Assembly: GCA_001949185.1 (NCBI GenBank)
Contig: BDGG01000012.1
Coordinates: 302,973 to 366,972, forward strand
DNA length: 64,000 bases
Source of the DNA: Ramazzottius varieornatus
Lineage: Eukaryota; Animalia; Tardigrada
Direction: 5' to 3'
The position numbers were made by a program, and so were the translations under genes. A model generated the notes under the pieces. The model did not search any database. It was not told the DNA's origin and saw only the letters and a program-made list of their open reading frames with translations. This document shows positions 14,081 to 26,200 of the stretch, in pieces; the first letter of the stretch is position 1, and each line of letters opens with the position of its first letter.

Positions 14081-14195
14081 CTGTATACTCTCCCGAAATT
14101 CACGTACGTCACTCCATTCAGAGGGTAAAACTAGACGGTAAGACCCCAATGATTTGAGAGTCAGTGACGTGCGTGAATTTCGGGAGGGCATACAG
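14081..14195. mobile_element. ~115-bp MITE (TIR CTGTATACTCTCCCGAAATTCACGTACGTCACT, TA flanks), copy 1
   Basis: ~33-bp inverted termini flanked by TA; similar copies at 19652-19765 and 37069-37183. Confidence 0.85.
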
Positions 14196-14576
14196 TACAG
14201 TGATAATTTTTTTTTCTTGAATGCGTCACAGCAAAGCCAGTTTAACAGGGGGTGGGCGGTAAATATCAGAGTTGCTTCCACTGGTCAAGCGAACGTAGAA
14301 GAAAGCCAAGCAGCTAGACCTGGCAAGGGTGTGGTTTTACTACACCTGTCACAAAGTGAGCGCGTCAGCTTTTTATGCTTCCGAGCTTTTTCTCCGAGCT
14401 TTTTTACGTCAGCTTTAGCCCACTCTTTCAAATGGCAAACTCCCGACCCGAGACTCCCAAAGCGGCTGTACCTGTGGGATTTCGCGATGGTCTCAGTGGG
14501 CGAAGTCGATATGGGTCCAAATATCCGGTTGGCCCTGACGACAGTCAACCTCGTACCACGACCCTAGAGGTACCTC

Positions 14577-15997
14577 TTGCTGAAAGACTTTGTTCGGCAC
14601 TGCAAGTCGTCCCGCTCGCAGTCAGTGTGGATCGCGCTCTGGATTTTTTCCCGGCCTTCGATCGGCAGGAACGACAGGATAACGCTAGAAGACGGGAAAG
14701 CGGTTTCCGTATGCCTGGAAGTGGAACCGGAAGACTGGCAAGCGGACTGGAGGTTCAACCCATGCAACAACAACCAGGAAGACGGGAAAGTGCATGACGG
14801 GCGTGAAAGTCCCGCCGGCCAAACTGGACGTTGCTTCCAAGACGGACCTTCGGAACACGTGGAGCAAGCTTTCGATCGCCGAGGTCAAGGCGCGCAAGTA
14901 GGTCGAGCAGGGCACGAACCTTGTTCATCACGGCGGGCACTGAATAACCGTCCAGCTGGTCCTGGTCCTGGTCCTGGTCCTGGTCCTGTCGATCCAGAGC
15001 AAAGTTTCGGTAACAGGCGGTCGCCTATCAACGCGCCATATCACACGCCAGAAGATGTCGTGTCTTTACTCCGTCACGTGCAACGACTTGAAGCTACCAA
15101 CCAAGCTCTCCAACGTCAGGTATGCTCTCCCTCACCAACGTACTCGGTCTCCCGGGTCCCTTCGCCTATCCCGCCTTACCGCAACCGAAACCTTGCCTCA
15201 CCTACCCCAGTTATCTACAGTGTCATGTCTAAAAAGCCACCTCCCTCAACTCACTTTAACTTTCCGACATTTACAGCCACTGTCGACAAGTTGCTTCGAC
15301 AAAGAACAGCCTATGTTGTTTTCCAGGATCTGGTCACTGATAGCTATGTGCCCGATAACCTCGAACGCAAACAGCCCGGTGACCCTGGTATGGGGCACTT
15401 GGTGACTGGTGACTTGCCCTAGTGGCAAGATGCTTTTTTGACTTTCTCACTTTATCGGAGCTGTTACTACCCCGATATGGCTATGCCGTTCCTTGCCTAC
15501 GGTGGCATCATTCGGGAGTTGGCTTCCCGAAAGCCCGACGTGCGCTTTTGGTTGGAATATGACCAACGGTTTCGTCAAAAGATGGCTTTGCCGGATTCTG
15601 ACATGAGCGGGTGGTGCCATGAGGACCGTGATATCGTTAAGGCGGTTAAAAATAATCTCAAGCCAACTGCCACGACTACTGGTACCGCTGTTCGTGGTCC
15701 CTACTCCGACTTGGTGCGCACCGCTACTTGCCATATATCTGCAACGAAAAAGGCCATATCGCTACAACGTGCCCTAGCAAGAAGGAAGGTGTGGTTAGAC
15801 CTAGATATTATAATAGTGAATCAGATGGTTCTAATTATAATTCTGATTCTGGTAATCGCCCTAAAGGTGTCGTTTTGGCTTGCAGCCGCTATGATGAACC
15901 TGGTGGCCGCGCCGAACCATGTTACCAGAACCATCCCCATAACTGCTCTCAATGCCTCAAACCTGGGCATACCAAGCTCACCCATCGCTATACATAG
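14577..15997 (+). pseudogene. gag-like ORF of the YR retrotransposon (frameshifted)
   Basis: Fragments in several frames; WLEYDQRFRQKMA; zinc knuckle C-x-ICNEKGHIATTC broken by a frameshift near 15733; second Cys/His cluster CSQCLKPGH; (GP)n tract at ~14958-14987. Confidence 0.65.
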
Positions 15998-16049
15998 TGG
16001 ACCATCTACATCATTAGCATGCGGGCATGTTGCCGCCCGGCGTCTTGCT

Positions 16050-17526
16050 TCTGTTGAGATTCCCGATAAAGCTTATACACCCTTGATACCTGAACGGTTC
16101 GCTAATGTCCTGAAAGACTATCGCGATTCTGAGTTTGCGGATTATTTTGTTAATGGTCTCACCAATGGTTTTCGATTGGTATATACTGGCCCGAATGTCA
16201 CTCAGATTACTCCGAATGCTCGAACTGCTCGGGAACATCCTGACGTTGTTCGCGATTACGTTGCAAAAGAGGTCGCTGCTAAACATACCGTTGGGCCTTT
16301 AGATGTACCGCCGTTCCCCTACTACGTTTTTTCCTGCATGGGCGAACGCCCGAAAACAACTGGGCGGTGTCCGTCTTATTATGGTTTTGTCTAGACCGTC
16401 CAAAAAATCAGTTAACGATTATATCTCTAAACAAGACTACACTCTGAATTTTTGTTCAGTCGATGATGCCATCGCTATCTGTCTCAAGCTTGGGAAGGGC
16501 TGCCTAATGGCCAAAACTGATCTCAAAGGCGCCTTTCGTCTCGTTCCGGTTGCAAGAGAGGACTGGCATTTGTTGGGTTACATGTGCGACGAGAAATTTT
16601 ATTTTGATACAGTCTTGCCGTTTGGATGCCGTTCTTCCCCTAGTCTGTTCGATAACCTATCTCAAATTCTTGAATGGAAAATCAGGAAATCTGGTGGGGT
16701 GGAAGATGTTCTCCATTATATTGATGATTTCTGGTGGGCTGCACCTGGCAACTCCCCAGCTTGTCACCACACGTTGGTGTTTATGCGGGCTCTGTGCGCT
16801 GAACTCGGTGTAACTCTGGCAGAGGAGAAAACAGAAGGCCCAATAACAAAACTAACTTTTCTCGGCATACAGCTTGATACAGAATCACAAATCATCAGTA
16901 TTCCTGAAGCCAAAGTTAAGGAAATTCAAGATCTGTTTACAGTGTACCGAGCCAGGGTAAAAGCCACTAAGCGTGAAATTTTGAGTCTCTGCGGACAACT
17001 GGGCTTTGCCACTAAATGCATTCCCGCCGGCAGAATATTTCTGCGAAGAATGTTGACTCTGGGACATAAGGTGAAGCAACTGGACCATCCAAAGCTCAGA
17101 CTGACCGACGGTTTCAGAGCAGATTTGCAGTGGTGGATAGACTTCCTCCCGAGTCGGAACGGTTCATGCAAGTTTCTGCAAAGTAAATGGGTCGATTCGC
17201 CCAGTCTGCATCTGTTCACCGACGCATCTGGGAGCACTCGTTGTAGTGGTGTTTTCGGCACCGAATGGTTTCAGTTACAATGGCCAGGCTGGTTATTGGA
17301 CGCTAAACCATCTATTGCTTTACTGGAAGTGCTGCCAGTCTTGATCTCTTGTTGTGTTTGGAGGTCAAATAGGAAGACAAAGCGAATCTTAATCCAGTCT
17401 GACAATTTGTCGGTAGTCCAAATCTGGGCAAAGTGTACGTCACCAAATGTCGCAATCATAACTGTGATACGGCGCATCTATTTCGAAGCAGCAAATAACA
17501 ATTTCACGCTGAGGATAAACAACTAG
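16050..17526 (+). pseudogene. Reverse transcriptase / RNase H of the YR retrotransposon (frameshift near 16340)
   Basis: KTDLKGAFRLVPV, LPFGCRSSP, HYIDDF, KTEGPITKLTFLGIQLDT; RNase H FTDASG..LLE..SDN, truncated at its C-terminus. Confidence 0.9.
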
Positions 17527-17570
17527 AGAACGGTTTTGAGGATCCCTGTAAGAACGATCAGTACCTTACG

Positions 17571-18892
17571 ATGATGCTGAAAGGCCTGACTAACCAAACC
17601 CGTCCAGATAGCTACAAGAGGAAACCCTTAACGATAGACCATTTACGACAACTCAAACTGGACATATTCGGATCTCATATAGCTCGTCACGACCAACTAA
17701 TGCTCTGGTCGGCGTTTACCATGGCTCTCTACGGAATGCTACGTGTGTCCGAATACACCAGTTCGAAGGAAACAAGTTTTGACAGATCGAACCTTCTGAA
17801 TGATCTAAAAATATCCCGGGATTTCGTCCAAGTATGTTTGCGGCGGGATAAAACCCATCACAAAACCGCACCTCCGGCAATTTATCTCACAAAAACCCGA
17901 ACGGATACCTGTCCCGTACAAGCTCTCCACGCTTATATGTTGGTCAGATCTTCAGCCAAACATACTGCATTATTCATCTCACATGATGGGCACTACCTTA
18001 CTCGTCAACGAGTCAACCGTGAGCTGCAATCATTTCTGGGAAGTAGTGATGTTCTAATATAGTAGTATTATATTAAAGTAGATGATGATAGATGGTTTGA
18101 GCATCTACTATATTTAGTAATACTTAATAAACAGCATCGGGCACCACATTCCAATATTATATTTTAGTAGCTTGAAACCGGAAGTGCGATCTTTTATTAT
18201 TATTTAGTTGTCCATCATCTATAGTAAAATATATTTTAATACGGGTAACGCTACGGCTGATTCGAAAAAATAGTTGATTTGCTGAGTTTTGATGCGTGTG
18301 CGTTGGTTTCTCGATGTGCGACCATGCCTTATAAAGTGCGCCACACCATAATGATGCCTCTACAGCAGCACGGTAGGGCTACTGCAAAATAAATACCCTT
18401 AAACATCGTGCACTTGCATAGTCTGACACTTCAACCGACCATGCTACAGTGTGCAGGTGCAGGGTGCAAGCTGTACTACAGTTTTTTTGCTGATCTCATG
18501 GTTGTGATTCTGAATCTTCAGATCTTCCGTCGAGCTCTCCGATATTAAAATATATCTTAAAAACAAACCCCCGGAAGTTCTACTATAGTAATATTTTATT
18601 AAATCAGGTAGACGTTTTACTATAGTAGTGGTCACTTATTAGAACTTTGATGGACGGCGGATATTTATTTTTATTATATTAGATCTCATCAACCCATATT
18701 AGAACGTCAGTACTGGGAAATGGCTTCACCTTTCATAGTTTCCGGATAGGAGCGGCTTCAACAGCTTCTAACGCCGGATGCTCCATGGAGCAGATTAGAG
18801 CTATGGGCAGATGGAACAGCGATGTTTTTAACCGCCACGTCCGACCAGACATGGTCTCCTCAACCCAGACTATGCAGCGAATCTCAGGTTAG
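17571..18892 (+). pseudogene. Tyrosine recombinase of the YR retrotransposon, interrupted by an insertion
   Basis: YGMLRVSEY before the insertion; after it HSFRIGAASTA..GRWNSDVFNRHVRP, stop at 18890-18892. Confidence 0.88.
18044..18712. mobile_element. hAT-like non-autonomous element (TIR TAGTGATGTTCTAATAT) inside the YR gene
   Basis: Right end ATATTAGAACGTCAGTA; 8-bp flanks CTGGGAAG / CTGGGAAA. Removing it restores the YR frame. Relative at 36775-37909. Confidence 0.85.
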
Positions 18893-19182
18893 TTCTAATG
18901 AGCCTTCGCTTGGGGTTCGGGGATTGTGCGAAGGCTGGGCAAATGGTTTGCACAATTGTGTATGTCCGCTCACCTTGGCAGTTTACCCTCATTAAACCCA
19001 AGTACTTCCCGTGTTCGTTTCGTAATCAAGGAAAGTCCAGGTGTCAAAGAGAGTTAACGCCGACAGGTGTTACACTACCGTTGACGCCATTTTGGGTTTT
19101 CTCTCATCACAAAATAGTAATTTCACTAGGTTGCCATGTGCATCACAAGTAGCTCACACGTCTAAATTTATAGATGGAGTTA

Positions 19183-19649
19183 CAAGGTAAACATAATTCG
19201 GGCATGGCAATTTCCGACCTATAATTCGGGCAAACCTGCGGTATGGGGTGGCAGCACGTGACAGGTTGCTGGTTAGCGTGTGCCGCTGACTATAACCGTG
19301 CTATAACCGGCGGAAATGCAGTGTCTTCTCATGTGAAAGTCTTTTTTTACTTCAAACAAGCTTTATGACGTCAACAAAGGTTGTTGAATAAATCGAGTCA
19401 AGCGTCTCTTGTGGCCCTTTTCAATCTCTTTTCGTAGGCTTTTCAACATTAGCGATACCCTCCTTTGGCTGGAGTCCTGTTTTTCGGATTCCGTCCAGGT
19501 CATCCTCACAACTGTTTAAGGCTACTGTAAACAAGTTTTTCCACTCGGCAAACTACAAATAACGCTGATCCGTCCAGTCGTTACGGAGAAAACAGTTGCC
19601 CGAATTATGGGTCGGAAATTTCCATGCCCGAATTATGCCGTTTATCTCG
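19183..19649. mobile_element. MITE with CGAG(G/A)TAAAC-type TIRs and TA flanks
   Basis: ta|CAAGGTAAACATAATTCGGGCATGG ... CCATGCCCGAATTATGCCGTTTATCTCG|ta; ends resemble 2378-2717. Confidence 0.75.
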
Positions 19650-19651
19650 TA

Positions 19652-19765
19652 CTGTATACTCTCCCGAAATTCACGTACGTTACTCCATTCAGAGTGTAAA
19701 ACTAGAGAAAGAGTTCTCATACGGTGACGTACAGTGACGTACGTGAATTTAGGGAGAGCATACAG
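19652..19765. mobile_element. ~115-bp MITE, copy 2
   Basis: Same TIRs as 14081-14195; shares TA 19650-19651 with the adjacent MITE. Confidence 0.85.
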
Positions 19766-20701
19766 TAGTCATCCTGTCACAAAGTGAGCGCGTCAGCTTT
19801 TTATGCTTCCGAGCTTTCTCTCCCGCCCTCCCTCCCCATTTCCAAATGCCACCTGTATTTTTGTTTAAATTGTCTTCTCTACCACACCACACCGAAAAAA
19901 CAACACTTTTTGGTTTCGGTGTGCGCAGAACACCAAATCGAAAAAACTGGTGTCTGTTCCACACCGAATTTTCTGGTTCGGTGTCCGAGGACACCACATT
20001 ACACCGAACCGAAAAATTTCTGGTGCACCATTTCATAGGAAGGCTTGCCTTGATCGTGAAATAAAGCGGAGCATGGCACGCTTGAGTGCCCAAACATACA
20101 GGGAAAACCGAGAGGACCAGCAGAAGTAAGCATGGTGCCGTCAAGTTTAGCTTCTTCGGTGTGTACATTGTTGTCATTCGGTTTCTGTTTGTGCATCTGT
20201 GTTACGCCAAGGTTTCCTCCCCGGCGGTTACCAAGTAAAAGTTTTTCTTTTTCGGTTTTTCGGCTTGGTGTGGTATGGTGCACCGAAATGGTGGTATCCG
20301 ATTCACACCACACTGAAAGAAGTGGTTTGACTTTCGCACCGAAAAAATAGTTTCGGTGTGGAAGAACACCGAACCAAAAAAACCACACCACACTTTATCC
20401 CACTTTTGCCAGGTCTACAAGCTGCCAAAGATGTCACTCTACAGCATGACAAGTTGTCACGTGACATGACGTATAGATCTACCATACACAATCGACCAGT
20501 CATTTCCCTCCCCCATGTGAAAATCGCTCGTGTTACGTAGCCAGGAAGTGAGAACTATTATATGACAGATTATGGATTGCGTCTAACAGAAGCGAAGCCG
20601 GAGCCCGGAGGCGGAGGGGAAGCAGCTTTTACGCCTAAGAGAAATGCTTGCATGGACGTACCAGCCTTTTTTAAAGAATTTCAAAAGACACAAGTAACAT
20701 C

Positions 20702-20752
20702 GTGGATCCATGTACGCTTGTGGATCCATGTACGCTTGTGGATCCATGTACG
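20702..20752. repeat. Tandem repeat, 18-bp unit GTGGATCCATGTACGCTT, about 3 copies
   Basis: Head-to-tail copies visible directly. Confidence 0.9.
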
Positions 20753-21832
20753 TCTCCGCTGTTCCCCAGGACGTTGGATAAAACCCTACGGCGAACCTCG
20801 GCATGAAGTCTCAAGAGTTCTTCTGTTTGTATCAGAAAAGGTCAGTGCCATTTCTTTTTGGTAGTCTCTCGATGAAATGTTTTTGGGATCAAAAAATTTT
20901 TCGGCTGCAAATCAATTTATTTGGTGATCTTACCGTGTTGTGGCCAAGGAACGCGACACAGAAGTACAAAATAGCCAGAAAATCCAGTATCAAGGTCCGC
21001 GTGTAGGTCCGCGTTTATCGTCGACGACGTGCGTTGTCAAGTGGTACCTGGAAAAAATTACAACAGTTATGAGCACTTTGAAAACACTTTCCTCACCTGT
21101 ATGGTTTGCATAAAGCCAGACCTTTCCTGTTACACCCTCGTCTTACCGTTAGACTTTTTGATTATTCACGACCTATGCCAAGTGGGTAGCTCGACGCCTT
21201 TTCGCGGTCTGCATACACTTCAGCAGAAACTGTCACAACTGCGTGAACTTTTAGTAGGCCATTGTTTTATTCAGCGAGCCCATGACAAAAAATGTAGACG
21301 GCTTTTTCGAGAAATATAGCGGTTACGTTATGGCCCATTATGTCGTTGGCGGCCACAAAAGAATCGTAAAGATTTTGGCTGGTGAGAGTTCGGAATCGCC
21401 GGAAGCGGAACAATCTCACTGGCATGAGACATGTAACCTCGTCTTCTCAAGGCGTGCTGGTGTTTGATTTTACTTCTTACAGTCAAAGAATTGCTCTTGT
21501 GTGGAATGATCACTATCCGTCCATTTTCACCTGCCGTGGAAGTTTATTGAGTTTTGCTGATGCTAAACTGCTGATTATTGTTTGCCAAGAGCCAACTAAG
21601 TTAGGAAAATATGTGGGTATTTGGCGCACTCTTTTCTTTATTGTGCCTCCAGACTGCAGCGGCGTCTGCAGAGGACCTTCGGTCATATGATCCAGATTCT
21701 ACAGGGACAATGTCTGGCAATGGTACTAGGCTTATTCTTATGATGGACATAAACCGGGTAAGTTTCTTGTTTGAGAAGAGGTCTTTTTGACTTGAAAGAT
21801 TTGAATTTCAAGGAAAAACCAGCGTAAAAAGT

Positions 21833-21905
21833 CGCCCAACGGGGGGCTCGAACCCCCGACATCGAGATTAAGAGTCTCGCGCTCTACCGACTGAGCTAGC
21901 CGGGC
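21833..21905 (-). tRNA. tRNA-Lys (anticodon CTT)
   Basis: Reverse complement GCCCGGCTAGCTCAGTCGGTAGAGCGCGAGACTCTTAATCTCGATGTCGGGGGTTCGAGCCCCCCGTTGGGCG: 73 nt, cloverleaf, A and B boxes, followed by a T5 Pol III terminator at 21826-21830. Confidence 0.97.
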
Positions 21906-23202
21906 GTGATTCCATACTCATCCGGAAGACTCATCTCCATAGCCAGATCGAGAAGAGCCCGCTTCCTTGTCCTCCTCAGCATGGGAAGATCTCGGTCCCC
22001 GGCGCTTCAAGATCTTTTTCGTCCTTAGCCCCGCAAGCTCCGTTCATCCTACACTTTGCCTTCTTAACAACGATAGTTACCCGTGAATACCTAAGAGAAT
22101 TTCAGAGTCGAAAATTGATCGTGCTGGGCAGATTCATACGAATAGCAAAGGGCCATTCAAACGGGACTCAGCGAAGAGTTCTCCGACAACATATTCAAAC
22201 GGCAGACCGTTTGCATTAGTAATCAGGCATAAATGAATAGCCTGAGAAGTCATCTGGTGGTATTTGATCTTAATAAGCCGACAAAATCAATTTCAGAAAA
22301 TTAGTCAAGGCCCTCAGTTTACTTATGAGAAGCTAATCTCGAACTCTAAGCAAAACAGCCAAAGGTCTAGCCGTTTCTTTTGTTAGAAGCTTATCCAGAC
22401 ACTAAAGTACCTGTCAAAAGAGATAAAAGGTGGCTTGTATCGCACGCTTCTGTATTTCCGTCAACATGAGGAGTGAGAAACCGTCTTGTGACTTTTTCTC
22501 CGCCCGTTGTGGGAAAAATGCTTGGTGTGTATTTGCTCGGAAACACAGCATACACAGTACGGGACAAAAGGCTGCAATCAAAAAAAGCACAGACAAACAC
22601 TTTCTACTCCTACATTGACAGTGCATACCGGTTCTCCGCGATGAGACGGGACGATAGCTACATTTGCCTTTCCATATGTCAACCTGCAATAAAGTGTCGC
22701 TTTTTGAGCGGACTTGAGAGACGTCTTGCAAGACACTGCTCAGTATCAAAATAACCCACGCCTTTTGCCGTAAGGACCAACGAAAGCGTACGTGCCTTTC
22801 GAGAAACGTCGTGGTCAGCAGAATGTACCGCATCAACGTACGAAGTTAGCTTATAATAAGAAACACATGTTGAGCTTATTAGCATCAAGTACGGTACATT
22901 TTAGCAGAAAATTGATGCCAGGCTTTTCCTAACATGTAATCTAATCTACATTACCCTCTTGCGTACCCGTAATGACTGCACACAAATCTCTGCCACATGT
23001 CCGCTCATATCGCCGTACCTACTACACAGATTACGTTCCATCCGAATAGGTTCGCGAAACGGTCACTTGGAAAACTGCATGCTTCATGGAAAGAATCGTC
23101 ATATTCATGGGCTCTAGAGCAGCACCTTATCGCAGTCCGCAAACGATGGCTTCTCATACGACACTGTGTGTCCAATTTAGCTGAACTGATTTTGTGTCTG
23201 CC

Positions 23203-26200
23203 ATGGGGAACTTCGGAAATGTTTGCTGCTGGTGTTGTCTTCTAGGCAGTATTTTCTTACAGGACTTCTCCACAGTCAACGGTACTTTTTTCGCGAACCC
23301 AAATGGAACTGCCGATGACGACTATCCTCCATCAGAGTTTCCGGAGTTCAGTGCGCCGCACAGAAGGCCTAATCAAGGACTCAGATATGTCTTACCTGAC
23401 CGGGAATACATCTACCCGGAGAGACCTCACGAATGTCGCCGCAATGTCACACACTGCATTCCACTATCAACAGAGATCAAGGACTATTTGCACAGTGTCG
23501 ACGTTGTGGCGAATTACGAAATGATTGTCGATAGTGGTGACAACAACAGGCGTACCTGGAGGATTCTCCGGGCGACGGAGAAGCTGAAGAACCATCATGA
23601 CTGCTGGAACCATGTACAACCGGTGGCCTTTGCGGTAGGCCTGCAGAAGTGCTGGGGTGATGCAGCCAGACTGATACCTGTAAAACAATGCACGGATGCG
23701 AGGGCGAAATGTGGAACTAAAGTCATAAATTCTCTACCTAATGATCTGGAATGGCTGAAGCACTGCAATGATTCGCTGCTCTTTAGCGAGAATCAGAAAT
23801 GCGAGGTTCGTTAATGCAAATCAAGCTTCTAGTCACTGTGGAAAACCGTTGAACTGAAATTGGACATTGATATAACACGTGAGCGAACCATCTAAATCAC
23901 ATCGTTTTATGACTGGCGCACACTTTCAGCTAGTAACAATGAGGATGAGCGCCACTTGAGTGGACGATGTGATTCAGTTCATCAGCCCAAGTTCCAACTC
24001 TTGTGTTGATAAAAATACGAGTCCATCTTAGATAAGATCTGATCATTTTTGAGTTCATTCATTTCATTTCTTTCATTCTGTCCTTTTGTTTCATTCATTT
24101 TCTCATCTGTTTTGTGTTCGTAGCGTTGTTCGTTTAACTATTTCCGATTTACAGCAATTTTCAGCTAAATTTTACCATAATTTTTTGGTTCACAGAAAGA
24201 GACTTCCTGGTTCGCCAGTATGGTCACCAACATCTCATCCGTCTGTCCATATCCCCTGGTTCCTTCTTCCGATCCTCTGAAGCATTCTTTCAGCAACGGA
24301 TTCTGTGGACTACAATGCGAGAATGCTTTCCTGAGTGACGAAAAGGAGCACTCGTTACATGTCTATGTTTTGGTGCTCGTCATCCTCAGCTTTATATTCA
24401 ACGGAAGTGCTTTTGTAAGTTACACTAGAAACCGCACTTCATATGGATTAACTTTGCGGAACGGAATATCCGTCTCTGAGGTGGTAATTTTTTTCGAATT
24501 GGAAATTCAAGGATTTGCTTCATATCTGTCAGACGATGCTGGCCTTGAAATGGCGTAATCTCAAAAAGTACCCGGACCAATGCCTACTTTTCATCAACGT
24601 TTGCTTCATCATGAGCGGTATTGGTTGGGCTATTCAGTTCTTACCGGACGTTCGCGAAAAGATCACGTGCGCTGAAGATGGAACCGAAAGGATGGGTGAA
24701 CCACGGTAAGAAGCTGGCCAGATCGCATTAAAGACGTTGTTTCGTAAGCCGGCTTTCGCCGCCTGCGTACAAAGACCAATGAGCACGCTGTGTTTTGGAA
24801 GTATGCAGGTGGATAAAAGCTGTGATTATTTTGCCAAGGTGTTTACTCAGAAGAACTCATTACAAAATTATTACCGATTTTGTGGCTTCGTAATGTTATA
24901 AAAACTTGTTGAGGTGAGTGATGGGTGCGCTATCGTGTACATGTCACGGGTTTCTCAAGTGCAAACAAATTTGTTGACACTGTAGTATTTTGCAGCCATG
25001 GAGAAAGTTACTCGCTCTGTCTAGTGACATTTATTCTCATCTACTACTTCACCATGGCCGCTGCCATTTGGTTCGTCTCCATGACGTACTGCTGGTACCG
25101 ATCCTTCAAAATTCTCTGCACAAAAGAAATCAAGGCTCAGAGAAATCTCAAGACTTACTCTGTCAGATTCCACATTGCCGCCTGGGTCACTCCGCTGTTG
25201 CTCACGCTGATCGTCATCGCCACCAGCGGAGTAAGTGTCTCCACGGTCACCGTTCAGGAGCAAAATCCAGATCAGATGTTTGCGCAATGCAATGTCTGTA
25301 AAAGGTCAAAGGACGATTCCAGAACCTAAACTGGGACCTGGGCAAACAGACTTGACCAGGTCGTGTTTCCATGTGGCGCACAACTCCAGCCAGTAACAAT
25401 GACAAAGTGTGCCACTCGAGATAATGATCTGGTTCAATTCATTCGCCAACGTCCCAAATTGGTGTGTTTCCCTAACTTTACTGCCATGTCCATTAGGGAG
25501 GCGGAATTTACACCTCTGTAGCATAATGGTCGCCCTTTTTGCTTACAGATTGACGGGAACCACATTTCCGGCATCTGTTTTATCGGCCTAGAACGGGCGA
25601 CTGTTCGAGGAACCCTTCTTATTCTACCTCTACTGCTGGTGGCAGTTGCGTCGACCACCTTTGTTGGAAAAGGTATGTGTCCAGCGTGCTGTTTCTTTTG
25701 GGTCCTCATCGCTGGCTAACCTTGACCGGAAGTGCATTCCTAAACAAAAAGTGAACAAATATTTAGGTTTGTCGCTGCTGCACAAAATGAGGAAGAATAC
25801 GCTGATGGACCCACAAATTCTTTCGGCCTGTACCAAACACAAGATCCGCTCTATTATGTTGCATATTGGTAAGTCATTCTTGGCTCACTGATACCACAGT
25901 GCGGCCGCGCAAAGTTGTCATCATTCACTTTTTTGTTCGACAAAAAACTCAGACTAGTTCTTTTCCATAGAACAGTTCTTACAGTCGAAGCTAGAACTGA
26001 CCCCCTCCCCCCGTCTTATGGCATAAGCATCGTTCGGTGCAACTTCGAAATTGTTGCAAGAAAATAGGAATGACACTGAGGAGCCAAAGGCGGATGGAAC
26101 GATTAATTTCATACAGAGGTCCACTTTCTGTTTCTGAACAACAAATCGGTTAATAACAATGCACAACTGTTCAACATGTCTCACAGAACTCAAACTGAAG

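Larger units (their letters stand above)
14345..19880 (+). mobile_element. Ngaro/DIRS-type tyrosine-recombinase retrotransposon, decayed
   Basis: Order is gag-like ORF with CCHC knuckle, RT, RNase H, YR. A ~48-bp direct repeat CCTGTCACAAAGTGAGCGCGTCAGCTTTTTATGCTTCCGAGCTTT lies at ~14345 and ~19773. No methyltransferase ORF seen. Confidence 0.88.
14315..20417. mobile_element. hAT-like non-autonomous element (TIR TAGACCTGGCAA) split by the YR retrotransposon
   Basis: TAGACCTGGCAA at 14315 and TTGCCAGGTCTA ending 20417; 8-bp flanks CAAGCAGC / CAAGCTGC. CACACCGAA subterminal repeats in both orientations at ~19881-20395. Confidence 0.75.

Noticed and set aside
17571-18892. Phage integrase or bacterial horizontal transfer
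   Set aside because: It follows gag-RT-RNase H within direct repeats, the normal layout of a YR retrotransposon.
20702-20752. Repeats resembling a CRISPR array
   Set aside because: Head-to-tail 18-mers with no spacers, no cas genes, eukaryotic context.
20560-21700. Short ORFs between the transposon nest and the tRNA
   Set aside because: No coherent frame or motif; could not be assigned.
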